Shown: positions 1 to 10,188 of the stretch, in pieces
Numbering within the stretch: position 1 is the first letter of the stretch
Layout of the letters: every line of letters starts with the position of its first letter
From: Marinicella marina
GTDB lineage: Bacteria; Pseudomonadota; Gammaproteobacteria; Xanthomonadales; Marinicellaceae
Length of the DNA stretch: 64,000 nt
Assembly: GCF_026410145.1 (NCBI RefSeq)
Contig: NZ_JAPMLO010000004.1
Direction: 5' to 3' (one strand)
Made by a program: the position numbers and the translations under genes
Notes under the pieces: model-generated
What the model was told of the DNA's origin: nothing
Databases searched by the model: none
Seen by the model: only the letters and a program-made list of their open reading frames with translations

Positions 1-33
1 CTTCTATTCATTTTTTTCATTATTCTTCTCCAG

Positions 34-1860
34 TTATCGTTGCATAAAGTAAGGTGAAGCGAGCAGCAGGCTCAAAGTGCCTCGAAGCCTTTCGTGCCAG
101 CGATAAGGCCATGAATTTTCTTCCAAATCCTCTCTGGGAATGGCTTTGTCTCTGGGCCAGCTAGGGTATGACTCATCAGAGGGTCTTTGTCTCAAAAAGT
201 TAACTGCTGATTCGAATACCGGATCACCGCTCCAGCCTTGAACTGGTGTGGTGTTAAGGATTCTTTGCATCCACCAAGCAACCACATTTTCAGGTGACAT
301 ATCTTCAGGGTTAGCAGTAAAATTATTTAACGTAGTGACCCGTACAGGTGTGATGTAAGTACCTGAGTTACTTCTATCAATCAGCCAATCAACCGTTTTC
401 CAAGTTTGTATCAAAGCCGTTGAACTCATCCAATAGCTGGATTTAGTGGGATAACCATCAGGCGCTTGCCATTCGAACGGATAATGCCCCGTATCATCCA
501 TGCGATACTCCAAATTATTGCTGTTATCATCATCTGGCTTGACAGTGAAGTTGGTTCTCAAGGCGCGCATCGCAGAGACTACAGTATCAAATGGTCGTTT
601 CAACTTGGCTTGCCAATTAGCAGGGTTGCTGAATTCAGGGTGATTAAACAATGCTACAAACACCTGTTTAAGCTGATCTGCAGCATTGCGGTTCTCATAG
701 AAAACATCAGCCACATCATCTATCAGTGATTGTGGTGGATTATCTGAAATAAAGAATCTGGCTAATTTGCCTGCAATATGCTTCGCGGTGCCTGGGTGTC
801 TGGCAAGCAATGCCAAAACATTGTCACCATCTGTCTGCCCTTGGTTGGCAGGAATATTGATTTGGCCGCCGGTCAAAACAGATTTTTGAAACCTGTCATG
901 GCGCTCATCATCGTACATGAAAAAGCCAGTGTCACCGTTGCTGCTGGAATCATTGACACGCCAGCCAGTTAAACAACGGGTTGCCTCGTAGACATCATTA
1001 TCGACATAATATTCTTGAATCATGCCATCACTGGGCCACGGACCTCCCCTCTCTGGCACTGAAATCATAGGCACTTCATCTTGTTCAGCCAGACCGAAAT
1101 AATTCTCCACACCTAAAGTGTGTAACTCAATCAACTCTCTGGCGTAATTCTCATTGGGTTCAGATACTGAATTGTTGTAATTATCTAAGTAATATAGCAT
1201 GGCTGGATGTCGAGCCGTAGCTGTAAGGAACGATTGGAAATTACCCAGCATGTGTGTTCTGATTACGTCCCTGTCCCAGCTGGTCATGGTTGACCGAGCA
1301 TAGAAGCTTCTGCCATTCAGACTGAAATGATCATGCCAGAAATCAGCAATTCGTTCTTGTAAAGGAAATAAGGTATAGGTGGCGCGTAAAAATTTAAGGC
1401 GTTCCATTTCATATATAGGCCGGGATGAACTTCTTAAACCTGAACCTGAATTGACGTGGTGATCTTGCCACATCTGACCGAGACCTTTATTCAATGTCAC
1501 GTAATTACCAGCTTGATTGATTCTGTTGTCAAGATTGGTATCATTACCACCTGCCAACTGTTGGTCAACAAAGTTGGCCAGTCGCTCTGAATCAGAGCTA
1601 CCTAATGCCGCCCATCTGACCTGATCAAATATACCAGGAGTAATACCATATCCCAGCCTAGAATATACCACGTGAGAAAAGTATTGATTTGGCAGATTGG
1701 CTGCTTTAATGGCAGCAGTTAACTTGTTTTTATATTTGAACTTTGTAGCATTGAATGTGTTTGTTTTTGCGCTTGTACCGGTCAATGGCAAAGCGGCTAA
1801 TAATGCAGAAGCTGCACCACCAGCGACTAACTGCCTTCTGTGTATTTTTTTGATTTTCAT
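34..1860 (-). CDS. DUF1800 family protein (Tat-type signal peptide; usual DUF1501 partner would lie beyond window start)
   Basis: 608-aa ORF. N-terminus RRQLVAGGAASALLAALP is a twin-arginine-like signal. Length and composition are typical of DUF1800. Family call from memory of the family; no search run. Confidence 0.6.
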   Translation of the reverse strand: MKIKKIHRRQLVAGGAASALLAALPLTGTSAKTNTFNATKFKYKNKLTAAIKAANLPNQYFSHVVYSRLGYGITPGIFDQVRWAALGSSDSERLANFVDQQLAGGNDTNLDNRINQAGNYVTLNKGLGQMWQDHHVNSGSGLRSSSRPIYEMERLKFLRATYTLFPLQERIADFWHDHFSLNGRSFYARSTMTSWDRDVIRTHMLGNFQSFLTATARHPAMLYYLDNYNNSVSEPNENYARELIELHTLGVENYFGLAEQDEVPMISVPERGGPWPSDGMIQEYYVDNDVYEATRCLTGWRVNDSSSNGDTGFFMYDDERHDRFQKSVLTGGQINIPANQGQTDGDNVLALLARHPGTAKHIAGKLARFFISDNPPQSLIDDVADVFYENRNAADQLKQVFVALFNHPEFSNPANWQAKLKRPFDTVVSAMRALRTNFTVKPDDDNSNNLEYRMDDTGHYPFEWQAPDGYPTKSSYWMSSTALIQTWKTVDWLIDRSNSGTYITPVRVTTLNNFTANPEDMSPENVVAWWMQRILNTTPVQGWSGDPVFESAVNFLRQRPSDESYPSWPRDKAIPREDLEENSWPYRWHERLRGTLSLLLASPYFMQR

Positions 1861-2050
1861 TAGAACCCAACTTTTATGATTATGGATAACATTTTAAGAT
1901 CAATCAGCTGGTTAATTGTGACAATGTTCGCAAATCAACAGCTATAAAGCCTTTGAACTGCCATTTTTTAACGAAAATTTAATGAAAATCAATGCGCCAC
2001 ATGAGACCTCATCAATAAGTGTGACTTTTACAAAGTAATTCAATCAAGCT

Positions 2051-2485
2051 CTAGGGTTTGTATTCATTGCCACTGCTTTTAAACTTCAAAATTCCATGAA
2101 TCACTAAATTCAGCCATGCCAGAATAATCAGGCTGCCGCCCACAGGTGTAATCCACGAAAAGTTGGTTTTGCCGACGAAAACCAACAGATACAGGCCGCC
2201 ACAAAAGCCCAGAACACCTAAAGTCAATGACCAAGCAGCATACCTAACCCAGGGACCGTGATGCAACTGAGTGCCAACCCCAAACAACAACAAAGCATGC
2301 ACCAGTTGATAAATAAAAGCATGTTGAAACAAAGCCGCTTCCCGGCTTCCAAGAACCAAACCAAATGCATGGGTGCCCAAAGCACCTAAAATGACAGCAG
2401 TCAAACCATAGACTGCTGCCACAACCATAAATAATGCAGACCTATTCAAGCGGTAACCCGCTTGATTCTGGAGACTGGCTGACAC
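2051..2485 (-). CDS. DUF423 (YgdD-like) small inner-membrane protein; true start probably at the internal Met near 2428
   Basis: Four predicted TM helices. GALGTHAF and HAFIYQLVHAL motifs are typical of DUF423. Confidence 0.65.
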   Translation of the reverse strand: MSASLQNQAGYRLNRSALFMVVAAVYGLTAVILGALGTHAFGLVLGSREAALFQHAFIYQLVHALLLFGVGTQLHHGPWVRYAAWSLTLGVLGFCGGLYLLVFVGKTNFSWITPVGGSLIILAWLNLVIHGILKFKSSGNEYKP

Positions 2486-3479
2486 CAGTAGCCCCCACTG
2501 ATGGTGAAGGTTCGATGAATTCTGTCAAACTGCGATTCAAAGAAGTGAATTTATATTCGGCAATTTTCATCATCCAATTCTGATATTGTGGGTAAGCATC
2601 TGAATGTATGGTAACAAAATATTCTTCATCACCTTGGTAAACTTGCAACTTAATAATATCACCATTACTCAGGACATATTCCGCCGACATCATTTCATTC
2701 AATTCATCGGTATCTTTGACCAGAGCATCATCCACGATGAATCGACTGAGTGAAGCACTCAATTGCTCCAAGTAGGCATTGGCTTTGAGCTGGTACCCTT
2801 CAGGCATATTTTCTATTTGCCATTCACCAGTTGCTGCTTCTCGAAGCACAGATATTGAATCTTCAGTGTGTGGTGTCAGTTTAACTGCTTGTATATCACT
2901 GGCATCGACATCAAGAACGGTTTTCAATTGCCATGAATCTGTATTAAACCTCACTGGCTTGAGGCCACTGACAGTGTAAGTTTGATCTTCATCAACTCGC
3001 CTGACAAAGACATGGCCGGCAGCAGTTGTTTTGCCAATATTTAAAGCCAAAATCTGTTCATCTCCGGCAGATATTTTTACCACCAAATCTTGGGCTGATA
3101 ATTCTAACAATTCATGGTTCTCTGGATTGGCAGTTTTCGCTTCCACAATGACCGCTCGACTGATGCCTTGTAATAATTCATACAAGGGCTCCACAGTGGC
3201 GTAAAAACCATCATTGAGAACCCATCCATCAGCACCTTTAGCTAAATTAATTGTTTCTCCAGCTTTGCTCAACGACACTTGATCAACCACACTGAGCTGA
3301 CTCAAATCAGCTTGCCAATCAGGCACCAACGGTTGTTCAACTTGTCCGCCAGAGGGGTCTTTTTGACTGAGCCAATAAGCCAAACCAGTCAAAACAATCA
3401 ACAACCCTAATAGACCTTTCATGTGATTAAACATAGGCTCGCTCCTTCCGCTTTGATTTTCTCCAGGACAAAAACACAA
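2442..3479 (-). CDS. DUF4340 domain protein (accessory to GldG-type ABC system); likely start at MFNHMKG near 3434
   Basis: Signal anchor LLGLLIVLTGLAYWL. Lies immediately downstream of the GldG-like gene and overlaps it, the usual DUF4340 position. Confidence 0.55.
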   Translation of the reverse strand: MCFCPGENQSGRSEPMFNHMKGLLGLLIVLTGLAYWLSQKDPSGGQVEQPLVPDWQADLSQLSVVDQVSLSKAGETINLAKGADGWVLNDGFYATVEPLYELLQGISRAVIVEAKTANPENHELLELSAQDLVVKISAGDEQILALNIGKTTAAGHVFVRRVDEDQTYTVSGLKPVRFNTDSWQLKTVLDVDASDIQAVKLTPHTEDSISVLREAATGEWQIENMPEGYQLKANAYLEQLSASLSRFIVDDALVKDTDELNEMMSAEYVLSNGDIIKLQVYQGDEEYFVTIHSDAYPQYQNWMMKIAEYKFTSLNRSLTEFIEPSPSVGATGVSQSPESSGLPLE

Positions 3480-5271
3480 TGACCAATGTCAATAGCATAG
3501 GCACTAGGGCAATATTGATGAATTTCAACTCAGTACCCAGTTCCTCTATGTCTTTATTTAAATTTCGTTTCACTTCACGCAGTGATTTGCGCACTTCCAA
3601 CTTACGTTGTTTGAACTTAGCTATTTCTTGCTGCTGTTCTTGACTGATTATTAACTGATTTTCTTGCCCTTTGATGCTTTGTAGCTCATTGAGCTTGGAT
3701 TCAGTTTCACGCAGTTGTTGCATCAACTGGTTTTCAGTCTCACGGTACTTTTGTTCACTGCGGCGTTGAATTTCTAGAACCTTATCAAAAGGTCGATTAG
3801 AAGTCCCTCTGGCACGAACTTGAATCAAATCGGCACTGCCTGTCATGTTATCAATTAAGTTATTGATTAAAGTACCGTTATCTGCGAAATTTGAATATAT
3901 TTGGCGACCAAAAAAGTTTTGAGCACGGACCCACATGCGGTCAAATAACACATCAACATCGGCGAAAATGACCACGTTGGCCTGATCGACTCTGGTTATC
4001 AATTCAGTTTCACCCTCAATGCCAGATGGAAATGCCGTATCCAAGCCACCATTCACGCGTGCAGCAATGACATGGGATTGATCATCTGGATTGAAGTTCT
4101 GAAACAAGGCATTAGGGTTAAACAACAAAGACATGGCATCATTGGCTGTCAACATCGACTGGGTTGAGCTGGTCAAAATAGGTAATAATTTATCACCTTC
4201 AGCAGTCAGCGCACCAGCCAAAGCGGTATTCAAAGAAGTCAAATCAGAAGTCACTATGTCAGATTGATTAAAGCTACTTTGATTCCATGAATTGATCCCC
4301 AAATGCCTGATGGTTTGGCCTTGACCCGATTGAATAGACACTGCTTGTTGATTGTCTAAAATCACTTGGTTTTTATCAAAGCCAATCCCCCAAGCAGCAA
4401 ACAAAACTGCTAAATCTGATGATCGGTCTGCTTGAATTTGCGCCATTGGATTCTGCGGGTCAGCCGGTATTTCTTCAGCCTGTGCCATGGGATCAACAAA
4501 CGCCAGCAAACGACCGCCATTCATAACGAACTGATCAATGGCAAACAGCGTGCCTTCGGTTAAGTTTTTCGGATGAACCACCAACAGTAAATCCACGTCA
4601 TCAAATGTGGTTGCAGTGGTTTCTATTGGCACAATTTCATACATCTCCCTGAGCTGTTCAAATATGATCTGTCCGGGTATTTGGCCTGCTTGAGGATCAA
4701 AAGAGCCCAACAAAGGTAAATCACTCATGACACCAACTTTGCGTTTCGCTGGGTTATTCAAATTGTAAATCAACTGAGCCACATCATATTCCAAGAAGGC
4801 TTCACGGTCGGGTTGTAAAAAAGGAATGATTTCAACGTCATCCAAAGCGTTGGTCGCTGCGATGCCAAAGAAAACATTTTCCCCCCCCTCACCCACAGGC
4901 AAGGGTTGCAAACCATATTGTGAAGCTTGGTCTTCCTCTTCCGAGAAGCTCACAGGATCTACCATGGTAATTTTCAATTTGCCAGACCCATATCGTGCCA
5001 ACTCTTGTAAAAAATCTACCACACGACGGTGGTATGTCCGCAGCAAAGGAATATTTTCTGTCGCCTGGTCAGAGTAAAACAATCGCAAATGAATTTTCTC
5101 ATCAATGTTTTGTAGGATGTTAATGCTTCCCTCATTCAGAGTGAACAAATCATTTTCAGTTAAATCAACCCTGAGTTTAGAGAATATGCCGCTTTGATTG
5201 ATGATCACAGAAACCAATAAAAAGATCACTGCCAATATCAACAACTGTACTTTATGTGTTTGATTTTTCAT
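3427..5271 (-). CDS. GldG-like ABC-transporter auxiliary component (ABC-type uncharacterized transport system)
   Basis: 614 aa. Has an N-terminal TM, a large extracytoplasmic domain, and a C-terminal coiled coil plus TM. Sits 3' of an ABC-2 permease and an ABC ATPase. Confidence 0.65.
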   Translation of the reverse strand: MKNQTHKVQLLILAVIFLLVSVIINQSGIFSKLRVDLTENDLFTLNEGSINILQNIDEKIHLRLFYSDQATENIPLLRTYHRRVVDFLQELARYGSGKLKITMVDPVSFSEEEDQASQYGLQPLPVGEGGENVFFGIAATNALDDVEIIPFLQPDREAFLEYDVAQLIYNLNNPAKRKVGVMSDLPLLGSFDPQAGQIPGQIIFEQLREMYEIVPIETTATTFDDVDLLLVVHPKNLTEGTLFAIDQFVMNGGRLLAFVDPMAQAEEIPADPQNPMAQIQADRSSDLAVLFAAWGIGFDKNQVILDNQQAVSIQSGQGQTIRHLGINSWNQSSFNQSDIVTSDLTSLNTALAGALTAEGDKLLPILTSSTQSMLTANDAMSLLFNPNALFQNFNPDDQSHVIAARVNGGLDTAFPSGIEGETELITRVDQANVVIFADVDVLFDRMWVRAQNFFGRQIYSNFADNGTLINNLIDNMTGSADLIQVRARGTSNRPFDKVLEIQRRSEQKYRETENQLMQQLRETESKLNELQSIKGQENQLIISQEQQQEIAKFKQRKLEVRKSLREVKRNLNKDIEELGTELKFINIALVPMLLTLVIVFLSWRKSKRKERAYV

Positions 5272-5274
5272 GAT

Positions 5275-6009
5275 TTAATCAGCCTTTTTCATGTCAATTA
5301 TTAAGGAAGTCGCATACAGCCACAATGCGATGGTCATACCAAAATAGGTGATATCCCCCAAGTCCAAAACACCCTTGGTAATTGAGTCAAAATGAGTCAA
5401 GAAACTGGTAGAAGCTATGGCATCTACAATCACTTGTGGCATGAACACTTTGAAAAAGTTCAAAACCATAGGAAAGCCAGATAATAAAAACAAAAAACAA
5501 ACCACCACACTGAGGATGAACGCTATGACTTGATTTTTAGTCGCCGCAGAAATACAGCTACCAATGGCCAAGAAACCACCGGCAAGTAATAAACTGCCCA
5601 TGTAACTGGCCACAATCAATCCATTATCTGGGTTGCCTAAATAATTGATTGATATAACCATTGGAAAAGTCAACAACAGTGCTATGCCGATAAAAATCCA
5701 TGCTGCAAAAAATTTACCCAGCACCCAATCCATTTTCCTCACCGGTAGCGTCATCAGCAGTTCGATGTTACCACTGTTACGTTCCTCGGACCACAACCGC
5801 ATGGCCACCGCTGGGACTAAAAACAAATACAGCCAGGGATGGAAATTAAAAAACGGAATCAAATCAGCTTGCCCTCGTTCATACAAGTTACCAAAATAAA
5901 AACCAAAAACACCGCTCATGATTAAAAATATCACAATGAATACATATGCAATTGGGGTAGCAAAATAACTTTGCAGTTCTCGTTTCATGATTGAACTGAT
6001 CGCACTCAT
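5275..6009 (-). CDS. ABC-2 family permease (GldF-like)
   Basis: 244 aa with six hydrophobic segments. Overlaps the upstream ATPase stop by 4 bp. Confidence 0.75.
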   Translation of the reverse strand: MSAISSIMKRELQSYFATPIAYVFIVIFLIMSGVFGFYFGNLYERGQADLIPFFNFHPWLYLFLVPAVAMRLWSEERNSGNIELLMTLPVRKMDWVLGKFFAAWIFIGIALLLTFPMVISINYLGNPDNGLIVASYMGSLLLAGGFLAIGSCISAATKNQVIAFILSVVVCFLFLLSGFPMVLNFFKVFMPQVIVDAIASTSFLTHFDSITKGVLDLGDITYFGMTIALWLYATSLIIDMKKAD

Positions 6010-6962
6010 TTCAACACCTCCCGCTCACCAACTGTCTGGGTGATGTTTCTGAACACTTCATCAAGTCGACCAGCTTCCATTTTTAAACTCTTTACTTGTA
6101 TGGCTTCTTTACGAAGGAAGTCACTGATTTCATCAAAGATAAACAAACCTTGTGTTGGAAATACCGTTGTCTCTTTTAATCTGGCATCATAATCGACATC
6201 TAACACACAATTCATATTCTTGATTTTATTCAACAAGCCAGTATCTAAATCTGACACAAAACTCACGGCATGGTGATAACGAGACATTTTCTCCATTTCA
6301 CTTGGCGAGTTATCTGCCACTATCTCCCCGCCTGCAATGATGATCGCTCGATCACAGACTGCGTGAACTTCTTCTAAAATATGTGTTGATAAAATAATGG
6401 TTTTATCTTTTGACATGTTGGTGATGAGCGCACGCACTTGGTGTTTTTGATTGGGATCAAGGCCATCGGTGGGCTCATCCATGATCAAAACTTCTGGGTC
6501 ATGAATGATGGCTTGAGCCAAACCAACCCGTCTTTTGAAACCTTTAGATAAGGTTTCAATTTTTTGGTAAAACACCTTTTCCAAATTCACCCGCTGAACC
6601 ACAGAATCCACAGATGATTTAAGCAAGTTGGCTTTGATGTTCCTCAGGTTAGCAACGAAATGTAGGAATTGTCCTACCTCCATTTCACCATAACTGGGGG
6701 CGCCTTCAGGCAAGTAACCAATCTTTTGTTTAACAGCTATTGGATCTTGTTTGATGTCAGTACCACAAACTTTTATGTGACCTGCTGTGGGTTCTAGAAA
6801 ACCTGTCACCATTTTCATGGTGGTTGATTTCCCCGCTCCATTAGGGCCCAAAAAGCCCAAAACTTGGCCTTTATTTGCAGTAAATGACAAATCATTGACT
6901 GCAGTAAAATGACCAAATTTTTTAGTTAAATTCAAACATTCAATCATGTCTTTCCGTCTCAT
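6006..6962 (-). CDS. ABC transporter ATP-binding protein (GldA-like)
   Basis: Walker A GPNGAGKST, ABC signature LSKGFKRRVGLAQA, Walker B ILIMDEPTDGLD. Confidence 0.85.
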   Translation of the reverse strand: MRRKDMIECLNLTKKFGHFTAVNDLSFTANKGQVLGFLGPNGAGKSTTMKMVTGFLEPTAGHIKVCGTDIKQDPIAVKQKIGYLPEGAPSYGEMEVGQFLHFVANLRNIKANLLKSSVDSVVQRVNLEKVFYQKIETLSKGFKRRVGLAQAIIHDPEVLIMDEPTDGLDPNQKHQVRALITNMSKDKTIILSTHILEEVHAVCDRAIIIAGGEIVADNSPSEMEKMSRYHHAVSFVSDLDTGLLNKIKNMNCVLDVDYDARLKETTVFPTQGLFIFDEISDFLRKEAIQVKSLKMEAGRLDEVFRNITQTVGEREVLK

Positions 6963-7379
6963 CTCTATTGATAAACAAACAGCAACAACAATACATAATA
7001 AAATGAATTAAGCTGCGCACGCATTGTGACCACCCATTACAATGAGCGACCGATTAAACCATGAGAATGTTGGAGGCTAACGAACTAAATTTCAAGTCAT
7101 TTTTTTAATCAATCTGAACTACGATGCCATTAAGCCATTCTCGGGTGATTAGTGGACCAATATTCAATATTCATTGACTTACCACAAGACCTTGTCTATC
7201 ATCGCTTAGCTGTTTTGAACATTGATTATTAAAGGATGCTGAGGGGCTTCATCTGATTTCATTGCCATAAAACCAAATCCAACCATGTTCAACAACCCCT
7301 TACCAGGGCTTCCCTGTTAGTTGGGTTGACTATCAGCTGAAATTTCACGACACACAACAAAGACTTGTAATCAATAAAG

Positions 7380-8393
7380 ATGATAAATATTCTTGACCAA
7401 TTACCGACTGGTATTCTGGATGTTGATGCTAAAGATTTACATCAATTTTTAGACAATCACACTTTGGTTCGTATCAATGGACGCATCGAACGGCCATTGT
7501 TTGTCTCTATACTGCAGCATGGAGATGAGACCACGGGCTGGGATGCCATGAAAGCATTGATAAAAAACCATAAATCTCAACTACCAAGAAGCATTTATTT
7601 ATTGTTCGGTAATGTTGAAGCTGCTGCTAAAAACTTACGCCAACTGGACGACCAGCCCGACTTTAATCGCTGCTGGCCTGGTTTACACCGACAAAAAAAC
7701 GCCACAGCAGAAAAAATGGCTTTCATCACTGACATGATGGCGGGAATTAAACCTTTCGCCAGTATTGATATCCATAATAATTCAGGACGGAACCCACATT
7801 ATGCAGGCATCAATTCCCTCAATGGTGAGTTTGTAAATTTGGCATCATTATTTTCTGAAACGATCATTCACTTCACCAGCCCAGATGGCATCCAGTCTGG
7901 CGCCTTTGCTCAGTTTTGCCCATCAGTTACCATTGAATGTGGCATGTCAGGAACGGCTGATGGCATAGAACAAACACATACTTTTTTAGAGAACCTAATT
8001 CAACTTTCTTCCTTAAAAACCATACCTGGTGTTGCGGAACACCAACAAGTTTTGAATATTTTTTCAACCGTAAAAATCAAACCAGAAGTCAGTATTGGCA
8101 TAGCCGGTGAAACTGTTGATGAGGTTGATTTCTTAATCAATGATGATCTCGACTACCTCAATTTTCATTTGATTGAGGCAGGCACTGTGTTTGGCAAAAC
8201 CAACAACAAGCAAGTACCCATGCCGTTCACCGTGACTGATCAAATAGGACATGACATCACTGACCGGTATTTCGAACAAACAGAAAATGAAATCAGGCTC
8301 AAACAAAAAGTGGTGCCAGCGATGATCACTCAAAGCATCCACGCCATAAGGCTTGATTGTTTGTGCTATTTTATGCATCCACTGAGCCATTAA
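7380..8393 (+). CDS. Succinylglutamate desuccinylase/aspartoacylase (AstE-AspA, M14-like) family hydrolase
   Basis: QHGDETTG Zn-binding-like motif and DFNRCWPG, comparable to DLNRxFPG of AstE/AspA. Confidence 0.55.
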   Translation: MINILDQLPTGILDVDAKDLHQFLDNHTLVRINGRIERPLFVSILQHGDETTGWDAMKALIKNHKSQLPRSIYLLFGNVEAAAKNLRQLDDQPDFNRCWPGLHRQKNATAEKMAFITDMMAGIKPFASIDIHNNSGRNPHYAGINSLNGEFVNLASLFSETIIHFTSPDGIQSGAFAQFCPSVTIECGMSGTADGIEQTHTFLENLIQLSSLKTIPGVAEHQQVLNIFSTVKIKPEVSIGIAGETVDEVDFLINDDLDYLNFHLIEAGTVFGKTNNKQVPMPFTVTDQIGHDITDRYFEQTENEIRLKQKVVPAMITQSIHAIRLDCLCYFMHPLSH

Positions 8394-8418
8394 CTTTAAC
8401 CAAAATAATCAATTAAAC

Positions 8419-9189
8419 ATGAATCTATCAGATACCAAAGCAATCATATCAGGTGGCGCATCAGGCCTCGGGTTTGCCTGTGCCGAACACATTGTCAATC
8501 ATGGTGGTCAAGTCACCTTGATCGACATCAATCAACAAGCTGGCGATGAGGCAGTCGCTAATTTGGGTAAAGAACATGCCCACTTTGTTAAAGCTGATGT
8601 CAGCAACGAAGCCGAAATTAAAACCGCATGTGACGCCGCAAAGGCATTCTCTGACGGTTTAAATGTGGTTATTAATTGTGCTGGTGTTTTGGCAGGTGGT
8701 CGGGTATTGGGCCGTGAAGAGCCTATGGCCTTAAGCCATTTCAACAAGGCCATCCAGGTCAACTTAGTTGGCAGTTTTAATTTATCGAAAGCCGCGGCTT
8801 TTTTGATGCAACATAACGATGCAGATCAAGATGGGCAAAGGGGTGTGATCATCAACACCGCATCGGTTGCTGCCTATGAAGGCCAAATTGGCCAAGCAGC
8901 CTATTCTGCCAGTAAGGGTGGCATTGTCGGTATGACTTTGCCTATGGCGCGTGAATTAACTCGTTTTGGCATACGAGTCATGACCATTGCACCTGGGGTG
9001 TTTTTGACCCCAATGGTGGCTGGCCTACCAGATGAAATCAAAGCCGCTTTGGGTGCTTCAGTGCCTTTCCCATCGAGACTGGGTGAGCCATCTGAATTTG
9101 CTCGTATGGCAGAGCATATCATCGAGAATACATACTTAAATGGTTCAACCATCAGATTAGATGGTGCAGTCAGGTTAGAACCCAAATAA
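8419..9189 (+). CDS. SDR-family oxidoreductase (3-hydroxyacyl-CoA dehydrogenase type-2-like)
   Basis: Rossmann motif ISGGASGLG, catalytic YSASK, and PG motif. Confidence 0.85.
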   Translation: MNLSDTKAIISGGASGLGFACAEHIVNHGGQVTLIDINQQAGDEAVANLGKEHAHFVKADVSNEAEIKTACDAAKAFSDGLNVVINCAGVLAGGRVLGREEPMALSHFNKAIQVNLVGSFNLSKAAAFLMQHNDADQDGQRGVIINTASVAAYEGQIGQAAYSASKGGIVGMTLPMARELTRFGIRVMTIAPGVFLTPMVAGLPDEIKAALGASVPFPSRLGEPSEFARMAEHIIENTYLNGSTIRLDGAVRLEPK

Positions 9190-9207
9190 ATAAGTAAACA
9201 ATCAAAT

Positions 9208-9238
9208 AAAAAAACCAGCTAAAAAGCTGGTTTTTTTA
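9208..9238. terminator. Bidirectional rho-independent terminator between convergent genes
   Basis: A-run, stem CCAGCT, loop AAAA, stem AGCTGG, then T7 run. Serves 8419..9189 (+) and 9246..10067 (-). Confidence 0.8.
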
Positions 9239-9245
9239 ATCCCCT

Positions 9246-10067
9246 TTATTTTTGCTTGGGCCCACCCAAGCCTGGTCCTAATTCCCAAGCGTCAGCATCA
9301 ATGGTTTCTTTATAAGCATGCCAAGTGGCATGTCCCACCAGCGGCAATAAAACAATGAATCCCAAATAAAAAGTTAAAATTCCTATCACCACCAGAACCA
9401 CAATCAATAAACCCCAAACCAGCATGGTCAATTTATTTTTCAACACGGCATTGATGGATGTTACTACCGCGGTTACTGTATCCACTTTGCGGTCCATCAG
9501 CATGGGAATAGAAAAAGCCCCCACACAAAAAATAATTCCTGCAAATATCGCCCCAACAGCACTGCCAACACTCAAAAACATCACCCAGTCTTCAAATTGC
9601 ATGGAACTGGGAAAGAAAATGTGCAGCATGCTCGCTGCCCTGGCCCATATTAAAAACACAATCAAAAACATGAATGATAAAACCATCTCATTCCCGAGGT
9701 TTTTTTGCCCTTCCCGCAAACACCTAAAAAACTGAGGCTCAACCTGATTACTGATTTGTCGACTGAGTGAATACAAGCCAATGGCAATGATTGGCCCCAA
9801 AAAGAAAAAACCAGCGGTGATTGCAATGGCCAACACAATTGAATGTGCTTGATAGGCCACCCACGTAATAAAAACGCTGATCAACATCATAATTACACCA
9901 TAAGCCAAGCTTATCTTTGGTACTTGCACCAAGTCCTTCCAACCTTTTTTCAACCAAACAAAAGGGGCCGTTGTTGGTACTTTACGACATGGAGCAACAA
10001 TCGGTTGAACATACTCACTGCTGGCTTGTGGTTCATTGGAAGTGCTGTGATTATTTGCTTCAGACAT
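9246..10067 (-). CDS. DUF2189-like polytopic inner-membrane protein
   Basis: 273 aa, multiple TM helices, polar N-terminus. Family assignment from memory; moderate. Confidence 0.45.
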   Translation of the reverse strand: MSEANNHSTSNEPQASSEYVQPIVAPCRKVPTTAPFVWLKKGWKDLVQVPKISLAYGVIMMLISVFITWVAYQAHSIVLAIAITAGFFFLGPIIAIGLYSLSRQISNQVEPQFFRCLREGQKNLGNEMVLSFMFLIVFLIWARAASMLHIFFPSSMQFEDWVMFLSVGSAVGAIFAGIIFCVGAFSIPMLMDRKVDTVTAVVTSINAVLKNKLTMLVWGLLIVVLVVIGILTFYLGFIVLLPLVGHATWHAYKETIDADAWELGPGLGGPKQK

Positions 10068-10188
10068 GCCTTAGATTGAATTCAATTACCAAATAAAATA
10101 ACACAAATCCAGCAACAGCTTTTCAACCATTAAGCCGTAATTTGATTTAAATCAAACTTTTACAGGATTGAATTTAACTATAAATGCC

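Noticed and set aside
6963-7379. 417-bp intergenic region between divergent ABC ATPase and M14-like genes, examined for a small RNA or hidden gene
   Set aside because: No ORF over 40 aa, and no convincing stem-loop/terminator pair or conserved ncRNA-like structure that I can recognise by eye. It is most simply a pair of divergent promoters.
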